DNA from: Candidatus Saccharimonadales bacterium
Lineage (GTDB): Bacteria; Patescibacteriota; Saccharimonadia; Saccharimonadales; UBA4665
Reading direction: 5' to 3'
Assembly (NCBI GenBank): GCA_036388555.1
Contig: DASVRP010000008.1
Coordinates: forward strand, 91,609-155,608
Length of the DNA: 64,000 bases
Under the pieces are notes generated by a model. It was not told the origin of the DNA and did not search any database. It saw nothing but the letters and a program-made list of their open reading frames with translations. The position numbers were made by a program, and so were the translations under genes. Of this stretch, positions 17,266-26,326 are shown one piece after another. The stretch's first letter is position 1; each line of letters starts with the position of its first letter.

Positions 17266-19359
17266 CTACCGGTACAGTCTATTTAGGGCAGTCACTTCAG
17301 TTGCTGACAAAGCCCGATTATATATCCGTATATCGTCCAGCTGACCGCTATACCATATGCTCCCTGCCGCCCTTTCATTACCGAATATCGTGTAGCCGAC
17401 CGTGCCGGTACCAACGGCGGTCGTATTGGGTGAAACGGCCACATTATCTAAGTATAAATTGTTTGTTGTACCGTCGTATGTATAGGCGAAATGATGCCAG
17501 CTATTCGTCGCAGTAAACGCGGTTTGTATAATCGATCCTACACTACAACGGTACACCGCAAACTTATTCGTATCAACGACGACCGCTAATCCAGCAGTAC
17601 ATGTACCAGTGTCGCTCAAGGCCATGAGTACTTGAATACCTGACGTCTTTGTTGTATTGAACCAGCCCGTGACCGTCTTTGCACCGTTGACCGCCGGGAT
17701 ATTATTATTGGACTGCGCGAGGATGTAAGCGTTTGTGCCATTAAAGCTATACGCGCTATTCAGTCTCCCCTTCCTGTCCGTCGTCAGCGTCGCTGCCGTC
17801 ACCAGACCGTTATTCCCCTGCGGCGTGCTGTCCTTGGCATTCCCGTTCATCGGCCAGTCGCCGACGAGGCCTTTTTGGAGGTCGCTGAGCTGCACATTTG
17901 CATTGTAGGCGGTAGCCTGGGCGGCGACTTCTGGCGCAGTCAGGGCGCGGTTGTAAATCCTGACTTCATCTATGGAACCGGCGAACTTGTAATCCGCACA
18001 ACTAGCCGAACCAGTTACTTCGTCGCCAAAACATACACCTGACGTATTGGTATTTATCGCCCCACTGAAGGTGTTGGTAGCGACTTGTTGCCCGTTTACA
18101 TATAGCCGGGCAATCGTTCCGTCATAGGTAGCTGTTATATTCGCCCAGCTGCCGCTGGTCAGGACGCTACGGCTGACTTGAATTACCTGATACCCAATAC
18201 CGGCGATTGAAACATCGAAGCACAGGTTACCATTCAGGCAATCGCCATACGCTGCTCCACTATTATTCACATACAGCGACCAGCCACCCCCGTCTTCTGT
18301 ATTCGATAGTATACTCGGGAAACCTCCGGCAGCAACATTCGTGAATTTAGCCCACACTCCTACTGATATGGCGCTTGTGGGTTTGTACGCAGTACTGTGT
18401 GGGATGACGATGCTGCTGGTCGTGCCATTAAAGCTGTATGCACTATTCGCCGCTCCTTTCCTGTCGGTCGTCAGACTGGCGGAATTGGCGGTACCGTTCG
18501 CTCCATTCGGCGTGGCGTCCTTGACATTACCGTCGAGTTTCCAGTGTCCGACCAGGCCGTTTTCACCGGCCGCAGCACGGAGGCCGGGGTCGTACTGGTC
18601 GAAGAGTGCTTTAGCTTCGGCAGCGTTGAGGGCGCGGTTGTAGACGCGGGCGTCATCGAGCTGGCCTGCATACCAAAAAACAGAACTTCCTCCGGAACCG
18701 ATGCCGAGGACATTGGTGTATGGATATATTGATGCTGCAGTAAGACTGCCCGCAAGCGTACCGTCTAGATACAAGCGCATCGCACCAGCCGCGTACGTCG
18801 CAGTTAGCAGATGCCATTTTGTAGTATCAGTAGCTGCAGTGTCGATATAGGTTCCCGCGGAACAATCGGAATTGAATAACTGGAATCTATATTCCGTCGA
18901 TACACCCGTCGTGATACCGCCGTTACACCCGTCCTTTCCTAATAATACGTTCTCGGAACCCTGTGATCCGCCTTTTGCCCATATGGACAACGACCACTCC
19001 GCTCCATAATTGTTGCTTGTCATAACCTTCGGATCCATATTAGCGACGGTCATGTACTGCGAAGAACCATTAAATGATTTTGCGCCGGCAGCCATGGTCT
19101 TGCGGTCAGCAACGTCGGCTGGCGCGCCGTTCAGCGTACCGTCGCGGGCAAATGGACTACTGTCCTTGGCATTGCCGTCCAGCTTCCAATGACCGATCAA
19201 GCCTTTTTGGAGTTCTACATCAGTAGCGACAACTGCATTCTTCGGCGCGCCGCCGAGCGCGGCATACGTAATGGGCGCCAGCAGTGCCAGGCCGACGGCG
19301 CAGACGATCAGCACTACTACTGCTTTCTTCGTGAGCCGACGCCTGCGTGTGAACACCAT
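17266..19359 (-). CDS. Secreted protein with three tandem LamG (laminin-G-3 / concanavalin-like) domains
   Basis: 697-aa ORF. Each domain opens with L(I/V)G(H/D)W(K/P)(L/M)(D/N)GN(A/V)KD and closes with GQLDD(A/I)R(V/I)YNRAL or GSIDEVRIYNRAL. Confidence 0.75.
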   Translation of the reverse strand: MVFTRRRRLTKKAVVVLIVCAVGLALLAPITYAALGGAPKNAVVATDVELQKGLIGHWKLDGNAKDSSPFARDGTLNGAPADVADRKTMAAGAKSFNGSSQYMTVANMDPKVMTSNNYGAEWSLSIWAKGGSQGSENVLLGKDGCNGGITTGVSTEYRFQLFNSDCSAGTYIDTAATDTTKWHLLTATYAAGAMRLYLDGTLAGSLTAASIYPYTNVLGIGSGGSSVFWYAGQLDDARVYNRALNAAEAKALFDQYDPGLRAAAGENGLVGHWKLDGNVKDATPNGANGTANSASLTTDRKGAANSAYSFNGTTSSIVIPHSTAYKPTSAISVGVWAKFTNVAAGGFPSILSNTEDGGGWSLYVNNSGAAYGDCLNGNLCFDVSIAGIGYQVIQVSRSVLTSGSWANITATYDGTIARLYVNGQQVATNTFSGAINTNTSGVCFGDEVTGSASCADYKFAGSIDEVRIYNRALTAPEVAAQATAYNANVQLSDLQKGLVGDWPMNGNAKDSTPQGNNGLVTAATLTTDRKGRLNSAYSFNGTNAYILAQSNNNIPAVNGAKTVTGWFNTTKTSGIQVLMALSDTGTCTAGLAVVVDTNKFAVYRCSVGSIIQTAFTATNSWHHFAYTYDGTTNNLYLDNVAVSPNTTAVGTGTVGYTIFGNERAAGSIWYSGQLDDIRIYNRALSATEVTALNRLYR

Positions 19360-19448
19360 ATGTATCTATAAGCATAACAGAAATATAGCTTTTTTAACAG
19401 GTAGGGTACGTCTGTTGCTCTGTCTGCCACAAACGCAACGTGTGCGGT

Positions 19449-20921
19449 CTAGGGAGTGACTTTATAGATATGATAGCTGTACTCGGCCTCGAAACTGTCA
19501 TTGAAGGTACCGATCGATACCGGTACTGTGCGGTTCTCATGCAGTGCGCTTACTTGTGCCGTTTTTAGTCCGGCCGGCAGGCTGAACGTCTTGGTACCAG
19601 TCGAGCCCTTGTCGCCCATCGCAAATATATAGGCGGAGCCGTTGTGCCATTTCAGCATGGCATCTATGGCGCTGCCGAAGGAATACTGGTAGGATTGTGT
19701 ATTCAGCACCGGTGCGAGCTCTTTGATGTAACCGTTGATCTTCGTCACGCTGGCTTTGGGAGCGTTGGCGCAGTCCAGCAGTCCGTCATTCGACGGGCAG
19801 GTACCGCTGAAATTATGCTTGAAATAGGTAATGCCGCGGGCTTCGTGAATCAATGAGCTCATGACAGCACCTTCGACCTGCGGTCCGGTGATGGCTCGGC
19901 CGTTCTGGAACGGTGAGCCCGTTTCAACGAATGACCATATCATCTGGCGTTTGCCATCGAGTGCGTCCAGCTTGCGTACTCGGTCTACGACGGCTCCGTA
20001 ATTTGCCGCCCGGCGGCATTCGGCCTGTGTCAGGTCTTTCAATCCGGTATAGATACTGACCGGGCCGCTGCCCTGGATCATGGTCGGACCCTGGGCGGCC
20101 GTGCAGACATCACCGTCGGTGTACCAGTAAATATCATCAGACATGATGGTCGTATAGCCGTTTAAGAATTGGGCGAATTGGGCGTCGCTTTCCCACCCCG
20201 GGAATATACCTTTGCCAAAATTAGCGTGTACGGCGTAACCGCCGCTTGACGGCACCCGGGTCAGTATCTTGGCCAGCGCGGTGTAGCCGCACTTGCCGCC
20301 CTTATCAACGGCAGGAGTGCAGACGGTAGGCCAAGGCTGGCCCTCGTTCCACTGGTCATTGCCGGGCCCGGCCCACATATCAACTTCATCTTCCAGGTGC
20401 ATGCCGATAGTCTCGGTTCCAGTACCGCTGGATCCGGCATCCGCTACCGCGAACATCCCATTTGACCGCAGGAGCGGCAAATTTGCGTTTGATTCCATCT
20501 TGACCGATGTGTTGATGCCGAGCGCCTTATAGCCATTTATATCAGTTTGTGAATTGGCGCGCATATACCAGGCACTGATGGGGATAAAGGCCGGATTTGT
20601 CCATCCGGCAGCCTTTGTTTTCGGGAAGTTGTCATAGTAAGCACTGCCCCCCTCCCAAGGAATCAGCGGCAAACTACTCAGCGGATTGACACTGTTGGTG
20701 GCTGTACCGAATTTCACAGCCGCTCCTGCCGAAGCCGTATTGTCGGTAATCTTTGATGCCCCGCTCGTCACAGTACCAGATTCGGATTCTGCCGTCACAA
20801 ATGGCGTAGCTGCCCGCGACGAGACAAGCAGCAGTGTACCTATCAAGGCTATGCCGGCAACTGCCAGTAGAAGTACGGTCTGTGTACGAAGCAGGCGGGA
20901 GACAAGCGAATGGAATGACAT
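19449..20921 (-). CDS. Secreted protein with shared N-terminal cassette; catalytic domain unassigned (possibly a glycoside hydrolase)
   Basis: The likely start is MSFHSLVSRLL at 20921, preceded by GAGGTG. The cassette reads AATPFVTAESESGTVTSGASKITDNTASAGAAVKFG. The track ORF extends to 20990. Confidence 0.6.
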   Translation of the reverse strand: MSFHSLVSRLLRTQTVLLLAVAGIALIGTLLLVSSRAATPFVTAESESGTVTSGASKITDNTASAGAAVKFGTATNSVNPLSSLPLIPWEGGSAYYDNFPKTKAAGWTNPAFIPISAWYMRANSQTDINGYKALGINTSVKMESNANLPLLRSNGMFAVADAGSSGTGTETIGMHLEDEVDMWAGPGNDQWNEGQPWPTVCTPAVDKGGKCGYTALAKILTRVPSSGGYAVHANFGKGIFPGWESDAQFAQFLNGYTTIMSDDIYWYTDGDVCTAAQGPTMIQGSGPVSIYTGLKDLTQAECRRAANYGAVVDRVRKLDALDGKRQMIWSFVETGSPFQNGRAITGPQVEGAVMSSLIHEARGITYFKHNFSGTCPSNDGLLDCANAPKASVTKINGYIKELAPVLNTQSYQYSFGSAIDAMLKWHNGSAYIFAMGDKGSTGTKTFSLPAGLKTAQVSALHENRTVPVSIGTFNDSFEAEYSYHIYKVTP

Positions 20922-21054
20922 GAACACACCTCGAATAGTTGTTATGGTTGAATTATATACCACAGGCATCGGAATCGAAACTACACCCATATTCGTTCCC
21001 CGCCCTGCCGTCAGAAGTCCGTACCCTTTGACCCGATTGACGAGATGCGTATTC

Positions 21055-21468
21055 TTATAACGCCCGGACTTCTACCCGGTCTACAAGCATGACTGCAGGA
21101 GTTGTAGCAGGCTGCTGCTGGCCGCCGGCACCGCCGACGGCCGCAGTACCGTTATATGCGCAGGCGCTCCAGTCTCCCCATTTCGCTGTGTCCGGTAGGG
21201 TGCCTGCCGATCCGTTGAAGTCATCTTCAAACGGTATTGCGCCAGAGATTGCGGAACCGAACTTTACCGAAGCATTTCCAGATACCCCTGAAGTTTCACC
21301 GGTCACGACAGCACCAGTTTTCGTACCATTCTCTACTTCTAACGCCAAATATGACGTTGCGGCCTTACCGCCCTGCAGTAACCAGACGAATGTATGTACA
21401 AAGTACATTAAAAGTATTACAATGTACGTATGAGTCAAATACCCGTCACCATCAAGATAGATGCTCAA
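21055..21468 (-). pseudogene. Remnant of a GH16-like secreted protein: cassette plus the first and last strands only, no catalytic motif
   Basis: Cassette AATSYLALEVENGTKTGAVVTGETSGVSGNASVKFG is followed by FEDDFNGSAGTLPDTAKWGDW (compare IFTDDFTAN..VSAKWGAYPDGW in 35747-36715). The sequence then jumps to a C-terminal ..VMLVDRVEVRAL. There is no ExDxxE motif and no charged signal N-region. The 5' end overlaps the antitoxin start. Confidence 0.5.
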
Positions 21469-21708
21469 CTCAAGGAGGAGGCTCAGAAATTAGCCAAAAA
21501 CCTTGGCCTGAGCCTTAGTGCCATCGTCGAAAACAAGCTGCGCCAGGCAGTCCAGGAACGGCGAATCGTGTTCGAGGAGCCGCTTATACCAAATGCCCGT
21601 ACGGCCAAACAGCTCCGTGCCATCGAGGCCGACGTCAAAGCCGGCCGGAATCTGAGCCCAGCTTTTAGCACCATAGCCGACCTTGAAACGTACCTGAACA
21701 AACTATAG
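21430..21708 (+). CDS. Type II antitoxin, RelB/DinJ family
   Basis: 92-aa ORF. MSQIPVTIKIDAQLKEEAQKLAKNLGLSLSAIVENKL is a ribbon-helix-helix DinJ-like N-terminus. It lies immediately upstream of a YafQ-like toxin gene. Confidence 0.75.
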   Translation: MSQIPVTIKIDAQLKEEAQKLAKNLGLSLSAIVENKLRQAVQERRIVFEEPLIPNARTAKQLRAIEADVKAGRNLSPAFSTIADLETYLNKL

Positions 21709-21720
21709 TCTACGGCTACT

Positions 21721-21981
21721 ATGCAGATCAAGACGCATAAACAGTACGAAAAATCGTGGAAAAAATTGACACCCTTACAGCGAGACCGGGCACTCGGCGC
21801 TCTGACCCAATGGCTCAAGGCACCGACCAGTCCAGCGCTGCGTCTCCACCAGCTCAAAGGCGAGTATTATCCGCAGTATTCTATCAGTGCCGGCCGAGAT
21901 TTGCGTTTTCATTTCCTCACAGTCAGCCCTGATACCATCGTACTTATGGCAATCGGAACACACGCCCAACTATACGGTTGA
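21721..21981 (+). CDS. Type II toxin, YafQ/RelE-family mRNA interferase
   Basis: 86-aa ORF. LHQLKGEYYPQYSISAGRDLRFHF...IGTHAQLYG matches the YafQ pattern H.L.G....E..I..D.R.I....GTHAALFG. Confidence 0.75.
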   Translation: MQIKTHKQYEKSWKKLTPLQRDRALGALTQWLKAPTSPALRLHQLKGEYYPQYSISAGRDLRFHFLTVSPDTIVLMAIGTHAQLYG

Positions 21982-22084
21982 TAGCAGCACATCAGTGCAT
22001 TTTGCCCCTAGTATCCAGGCGTTCGATTATTTCGCCACATATACAACCGCAGATGCATCCTGGCGGACCTTTCGCTTGCTCGTC

Positions 22085-23668
22085 CTACCGCGCGCTGCTG
22101 GTAAAATGATACGTCAGATCCTGCACGACCGGCCGGGCTACAACCGGAAACGGCGAGACAGCGCTAGCCGTGGTGCTACCGGAGCGCGATGATACTGCCG
22201 ATACCGTACCTGTCGCCAGCGGGAATGTCTTAGTGTAGACACCGGCAGGTGCCTCGTAGGTATAGGTATTGCCGCCGACTTTGGTAGTGATAGTAGCGGC
22301 GGCCGTCAGGAACGACAGTACTTCTACGGTATCACGCGGCGGCTGGCCGGAATTGACCTTCATCAGCTGCGTCTGCGGGCCGGTCGGTAGCGCCGCGTGG
22401 GGCTGGATGCGGTGATTGACGTACAATACGTCCTTGTTTATCTGCGGCGGACTGCCCTGCTTCATCCACGTCAGGTAGTACGAGCTGATGTCCAGCGGAC
22501 TCCAGCCGATGTGCGTCGACGGTGATACCTGGGCGTTTTCCGAGTAATCATTCCAGGTGGCGATCTGTACCCATTCGGCGGACGAAATGGCGGTGTTCCA
22601 GGTCTGACGCAGGTTTTCGGTGTTATTGGCCTCCCAGAAGGTGCTGTGTATCGGCCGGTTGTCCTGGAGTGATACGGCCTGCATCCAGATCTTGCCACGG
22701 TTGTGGGCGTCGGTAATGTCGCCCATCAGTGTCGCCGGGTTGCTGGCCGGGCTGCGGTTTCCCCAGGTAGAGGCGCCGTAGCTGAACGGCATGAAGGCGG
22801 CGGCATTGGCGCCGTAATTCAGGAAGCACGGTACAAAGGCGATGTTGACGCCGTAGGTGTTTTTCATGATGTTCAGCCAGTTTTGCCACCAGGCCGCCGG
22901 CAGCACCTCCGGCATGAAGGCCGAGAAGACAACCCGTCCGTCGGGCAGCTTGAAGAGGTTCTTGTTGTATTTCGGGTCATTTGTCAGACTGGCCATGCTG
23001 GCAGCTACCTCGCTGGCTACCGCACCGGCACCCAGGCTGGCACCGTCGGGCATCAGCATGATCTTGAAGTTGGGATCCTGCAGCGGTGCTGCCTCCAGTA
23101 GTTGCTTGGTACGGTCCATGCACTGGCCGGTCAGGCACAGCACATCGAGCGCGAAGCCGTCCAGACCGGCCTCGGTTGCCCGCTTCACTTCGGTGCGCAT
23201 ATCATCAATCTCCCAGGTTGGTGACGAACTGACCGGACGCGTCAGCGGCCGCTCGCGCAGCATACCGCCGTACGCCGCAAACTTGCCGCCCTCGCCGTTC
23301 GGATTCAGATAGCCAGTGGCGTAATAATCCTGGTCAGCCGGTTTGTTATCGAATGATATCGGGTACGGCACGAAGTAGTGGGCAAACACCTTCTTGGAAG
23401 ATGCCTTCAGCGTCGCCTGCGGCGGCAAATCAAACGGCAGCACGCCAGTAGATGCCCGGCTGCCGAATTTCACGGCGGCGCCACCGGCTGCCGTCGCGTC
23501 TGCCAGGCTGCTCGCCGGTGCGACGATACTGCCCTTTTCAGATTCCGCTGTGACGAATGGCGTGGCGGCCTGCGAGCTGCGCAGCAGTATGACGCCGGCC
23601 ATAGACACCATAGACATTACTGCCAGCAAGCTGGTCGCACGAACTACTTTAGCCCGGTTCATAGCCAC
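22085..23668 (-). CDS. Glycoside hydrolase family 71 (alpha-1,3-glucanase-like) with shared N-terminal cassette
   Basis: 527-aa ORF. The cassette is AATPFVTAESEKGSIVAPASSLADATAAGGAAVKFG. KKVFAHYFVPYP and ATEAGLDGFALDV resemble the GH71 motifs VFAHFMVG and GIDGFALNI. Confidence 0.65.
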   Translation of the reverse strand: MAMNRAKVVRATSLLAVMSMVSMAGVILLRSSQAATPFVTAESEKGSIVAPASSLADATAAGGAAVKFGSRASTGVLPFDLPPQATLKASSKKVFAHYFVPYPISFDNKPADQDYYATGYLNPNGEGGKFAAYGGMLRERPLTRPVSSSPTWEIDDMRTEVKRATEAGLDGFALDVLCLTGQCMDRTKQLLEAAPLQDPNFKIMLMPDGASLGAGAVASEVAASMASLTNDPKYNKNLFKLPDGRVVFSAFMPEVLPAAWWQNWLNIMKNTYGVNIAFVPCFLNYGANAAAFMPFSYGASTWGNRSPASNPATLMGDITDAHNRGKIWMQAVSLQDNRPIHSTFWEANNTENLRQTWNTAISSAEWVQIATWNDYSENAQVSPSTHIGWSPLDISSYYLTWMKQGSPPQINKDVLYVNHRIQPHAALPTGPQTQLMKVNSGQPPRDTVEVLSFLTAAATITTKVGGNTYTYEAPAGVYTKTFPLATGTVSAVSSRSGSTTASAVSPFPVVARPVVQDLTYHFTSSAR

Positions 23669-23791
23669 GGTTTTGTTCCCCTAATGCTTATATGATAATA
23701 CTACCATAGTATAGGGATCCACGGCGTCGTACCGCTGAGGTCGGCATGACGCTTCTGCATACAGTAATATTTACCGGATTCAGTGGGAGAT

Positions 23792-24100
23792 TTAGCCGAT
23801 TTTGGTGATACGCACCGGAGTCAGCCGCTGACGATGGCCGCGCAGCTTGTGGACGCGCTTTTTGGCTTTGTAGCGGATACTCGTGACCTTGTCGGCACGG
23901 ATTTCATCGAGGATGTCAGCCGTCACTTTGACACCGGTCACAGCGGGCGATCCGACGGTGACCTTATCGCCGTCGATAACCATCAGTGGCTCGAAGCTGA
24001 TGGATTTGTCATCGCCCGCATTCAGAAGTTCAATATTGATGGTTTCGCCGACGCTGACGATGTACTGGTGCCCGCCGGTAGCGATGACTGCTTTGCTCAT
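23792..24100 (-). CDS. rplU: 50S ribosomal protein L21
   Basis: MSKAVIATGGHQYIVSVGETINIELL...RYKAKKRVHKLRGHRQRLT is a typical L21 sequence. I place the start at the internal ATG at 24100; the track ORF starts at 24142. Confidence 0.9.
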   Translation of the reverse strand: MSKAVIATGGHQYIVSVGETINIELLNAGDDKSISFEPLMVIDGDKVTVGSPAVTGVKVTADILDEIRADKVTSIRYKAKKRVHKLRGHRQRLTPVRITKIG

Positions 24101-24161
24101 GTGTATACCTGTTCGTTCTATTAATTGCAAAAATGCTTCCATATGATACTAACAGATATGG

Positions 24162-24377
24162 CTATCCCTGTAAAGTCGCAGCTGGCGCGGTACTGGCGGC
24201 AGATAAATCAAAGCGCTGTCTCATTTTCAGCGACAATATACCTTGCTTATCCAGCAGATCGACATATGGCTGAGCGCAGACTAGGCAAAGTTCAGCATTG
24301 CAGGTAAAATCTCCGATGATGAATTGGAATCCTTTGCCTAGAATTGCCTGGCATTTGTCACAATGATGAATGGTCAT
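24162..24377 (-). CDS. Small Cys-rich (zinc-ribbon-like) hypothetical protein
   Basis: 71-aa ORF with HHCDKCQ ... FTCNAELCLVCAQ. Its start overlaps the stop of the coiled-coil gene by 4 nt. Confidence 0.45.
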   Translation of the reverse strand: MTIHHCDKCQAILGKGFQFIIGDFTCNAELCLVCAQPYVDLLDKQGILSLKMRQRFDLSAASTAPAATLQG

Positions 24378-24808
24378 ATTATCCCTAGTTTCTGCGCGGC
24401 GACTGTCGTAAAATCTTCTAGATTCTTGACCCGTTGCTGCACCGCCGTGTCATGCCGTAGCTTTTCCGGGAAATCGCGCTTGAATTCGCTGATCATGCCA
24501 TATAGTTCTTTGATGTCGTTGGCAGCGGTTTTGGCCAGACTCTCAAGGTGATCCAGACGGCCTTCGATGCCTGATAGCCGGGTGTTCGTTTCACGTTGTG
24601 CTACCTCCAGCGCGTCCATCCGAGCTTCCATATGGTCCATGCGCGCTTCCATGCGGTCCATACGCTCCTCAAGCCGGTCGAAGCGACCATTCATGTTATC
24701 GAAACCGGCTATCATCAGGTCAGTGAGGTGGTCAATCTTGGTATTCAGGCTATTCAATGTAACCGGCGTGTCAGTCATGTACGAAGTATATATTTCTGCT
24801 GTACGCAC
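24374..24808 (-). CDS. Coiled-coil heptad-repeat protein, the intact paralogue of 12058-12530
   Basis: RFDRLEERMDRMEARMDHMEARMDALEVAQRETNTRL...DIKELYGMISEF. The start may be MTDTPVTL at 24778. Confidence 0.55.
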   Translation of the reverse strand: MRTAEIYTSYMTDTPVTLNSLNTKIDHLTDLMIAGFDNMNGRFDRLEERMDRMEARMDHMEARMDALEVAQRETNTRLSGIEGRLDHLESLAKTAANDIKELYGMISEFKRDFPEKLRHDTAVQQRVKNLEDFTTVAAQKLGII

Positions 24809-24852
24809 AGCAAGCAGACAGGATGATATCAGAGGATTCTACAACGCCGGTT

Positions 24853-26022
24853 TTACCATGTCCATTTGCTGAGCAATATCGCCATGTCAGCCGCGCCGAC
24901 GGTGCCATCGCCATTGAAGTCGGCTGCCGGGTAGTTCTGGCCATCGCGGGAGATGAGAGCTGACAAGTCGAGGGCGTTGACGCGGGAGTCGCCGTTGACA
25001 TCGCCCGGTGCACTTGGTGTGGGCGGCGGAGGAGTTGGGCCGGGAGGCGGTGGATTCGGATTGGCAGCGGTGCCATAGACGCCGACTTCCCAGATTGAAT
25101 TACCGTAGCCGGAGTTCCAGCGGTCTTTGGCAACGATGCGGAAGTAACGGCCGGTGGTATTGCCAGAGAACGACGTAGTGTCGATGAGTTGACGCTGGGA
25201 GTTGTTGGTAGCACCGCTGGCGATGGTGAACCAGTTGGAGTTGTCGGATGAGACTTGGAGGTCGTAGTTGCGGACGGTGTCGGCAGCCCAGAGGATGGAG
25301 ACTTTGTTGACGGTGAAGCTGGAGCCGAGGTCGGTGGTAACAGAAGCATTATCCTGCGGCGCCGAAATCCAGCGGGTGGACTCATTCTTGTCATTGACGT
25401 TACTGACGGGATGACCAGTTTCCGTCGGGTGGTCGGGAGCCGAAGAGGTAAATGTCTTGCCACTCACCAGGTTGCCAGTCTGCGAGATGGAACCGACGGG
25501 AGGAGTTGGTGGCGGTGTTGGACCAGGAGGAGGAGCCGGTGAGCCTGATTTGGTCTGGGCGTAATACCAATCCATCACCCCGGCCGATTTCAGGAACTCA
25601 GCCCAGCCACTATGGCCCCAGGTCGGCCATTCGGTGTACTTCGGGTTGCCGCCAGCGGCTTTGATGGCGTTGATCATATTGCGAGTGCCCGAGACGTTTA
25701 GGACGTTGTCGACTGCACCATGATAGGCCCACACTGGCATCGACTTCAGATTGCCGATACGGCACTGATCACCGTAGCCTGACAGCGGCATGGTGGCCGC
25801 AAATATGTTCGGCCAGCGCTCCGCAAAATCCCAGCTGCCAACGCCGCCGATAGAGACGCCGGTGACATATACCCGGTCGGGGTCGATGGCATACTGCGTC
25901 TTCAGCGTGGCGATCAGGTCGTATACTGACTGTGCCGTACGCGTCGGATTGGCCGCCCAGGTGCCGCAGCCGGCCCGCGTGCCGGACCACGAATCACCGA
26001 CAGGTAGCTGCGGCGCCACCAC
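24853..26022 (-). CDS. Alpha/beta-hydrolase esterase + F5/8-type-C (discoidin/CBM32-like) domain + dockerin-like C-terminus; the 5' region is frameshifted
   Basis: GxSxG elbow (TGVSIGG); discoidin-like region (NDKNESTRWIS...FRIVAKDRWNSGYGNSIWEVGVYG); duplicated dockerin Ca-binding loops (DVNGDSRVNALDLSAL, DFNGDGTVGAADMAIL). The same frame continues upstream with ..RRHFIWLHGSGEKG.., while the signal anchor lies in other frames up to about 26273. Confidence 0.7.
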   Translation of the reverse strand: MVAPQLPVGDSWSGTRAGCGTWAANPTRTAQSVYDLIATLKTQYAIDPDRVYVTGVSIGGVGSWDFAERWPNIFAATMPLSGYGDQCRIGNLKSMPVWAYHGAVDNVLNVSGTRNMINAIKAAGGNPKYTEWPTWGHSGWAEFLKSAGVMDWYYAQTKSGSPAPPPGPTPPPTPPVGSISQTGNLVSGKTFTSSAPDHPTETGHPVSNVNDKNESTRWISAPQDNASVTTDLGSSFTVNKVSILWAADTVRNYDLQVSSDNSNWFTIASGATNNSQRQLIDTTSFSGNTTGRYFRIVAKDRWNSGYGNSIWEVGVYGTAANPNPPPPGPTPPPPTPSAPGDVNGDSRVNALDLSALISRDGQNYPAADFNGDGTVGAADMAILLSKWTW

Positions 26023-26326
26023 AAATGACGGGAACTTGGAGCGGTATGTTGCCAGCTGGAATACCTCAGCGCCGAAGCCGATTTGTTTGACGTTATCAGT
26101 TCCCTTCTCGCCCGAGCCGTGCAGCCAGATGAAGTGTCGCCGCGCTGCTGCTGAACTGATTGATGAAGCCTATCAGGCCGACCAGACAAAACACCGCGCT
26201 GGCAGTGGAAATAGCGGTAATGCAACTGCGGTCATATCTCGCCCGGTGTGTGGCTGCTTTTTTGATGGAACAACCCTTTGTAAACGCTTATACTTAGCTA
26301 CATTGTGTCGGCATGCCGGGTAATTG

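Noticed and set aside
17218-17277. Hairpins between the convergent genes 16087-17196 and 17266-19359: TGCACAT-gtg-ATGTGCA, and CTGTACCGG..19 nt..CCGGTACAG.
   Set aside because: The stems are short and have no adjacent U-tract. The second hairpin extends into the coding sequence. They are plausible terminators but not strong enough to list as features.
24101-24141. TTGCAA-17-TATACA promoter-like pair immediately upstream of rplU.
   Set aside because: The -10 would end 1 nt before the ATG at 24100, which would place the transcription start inside the coding sequence. rplU is more likely co-transcribed with the two upstream genes.
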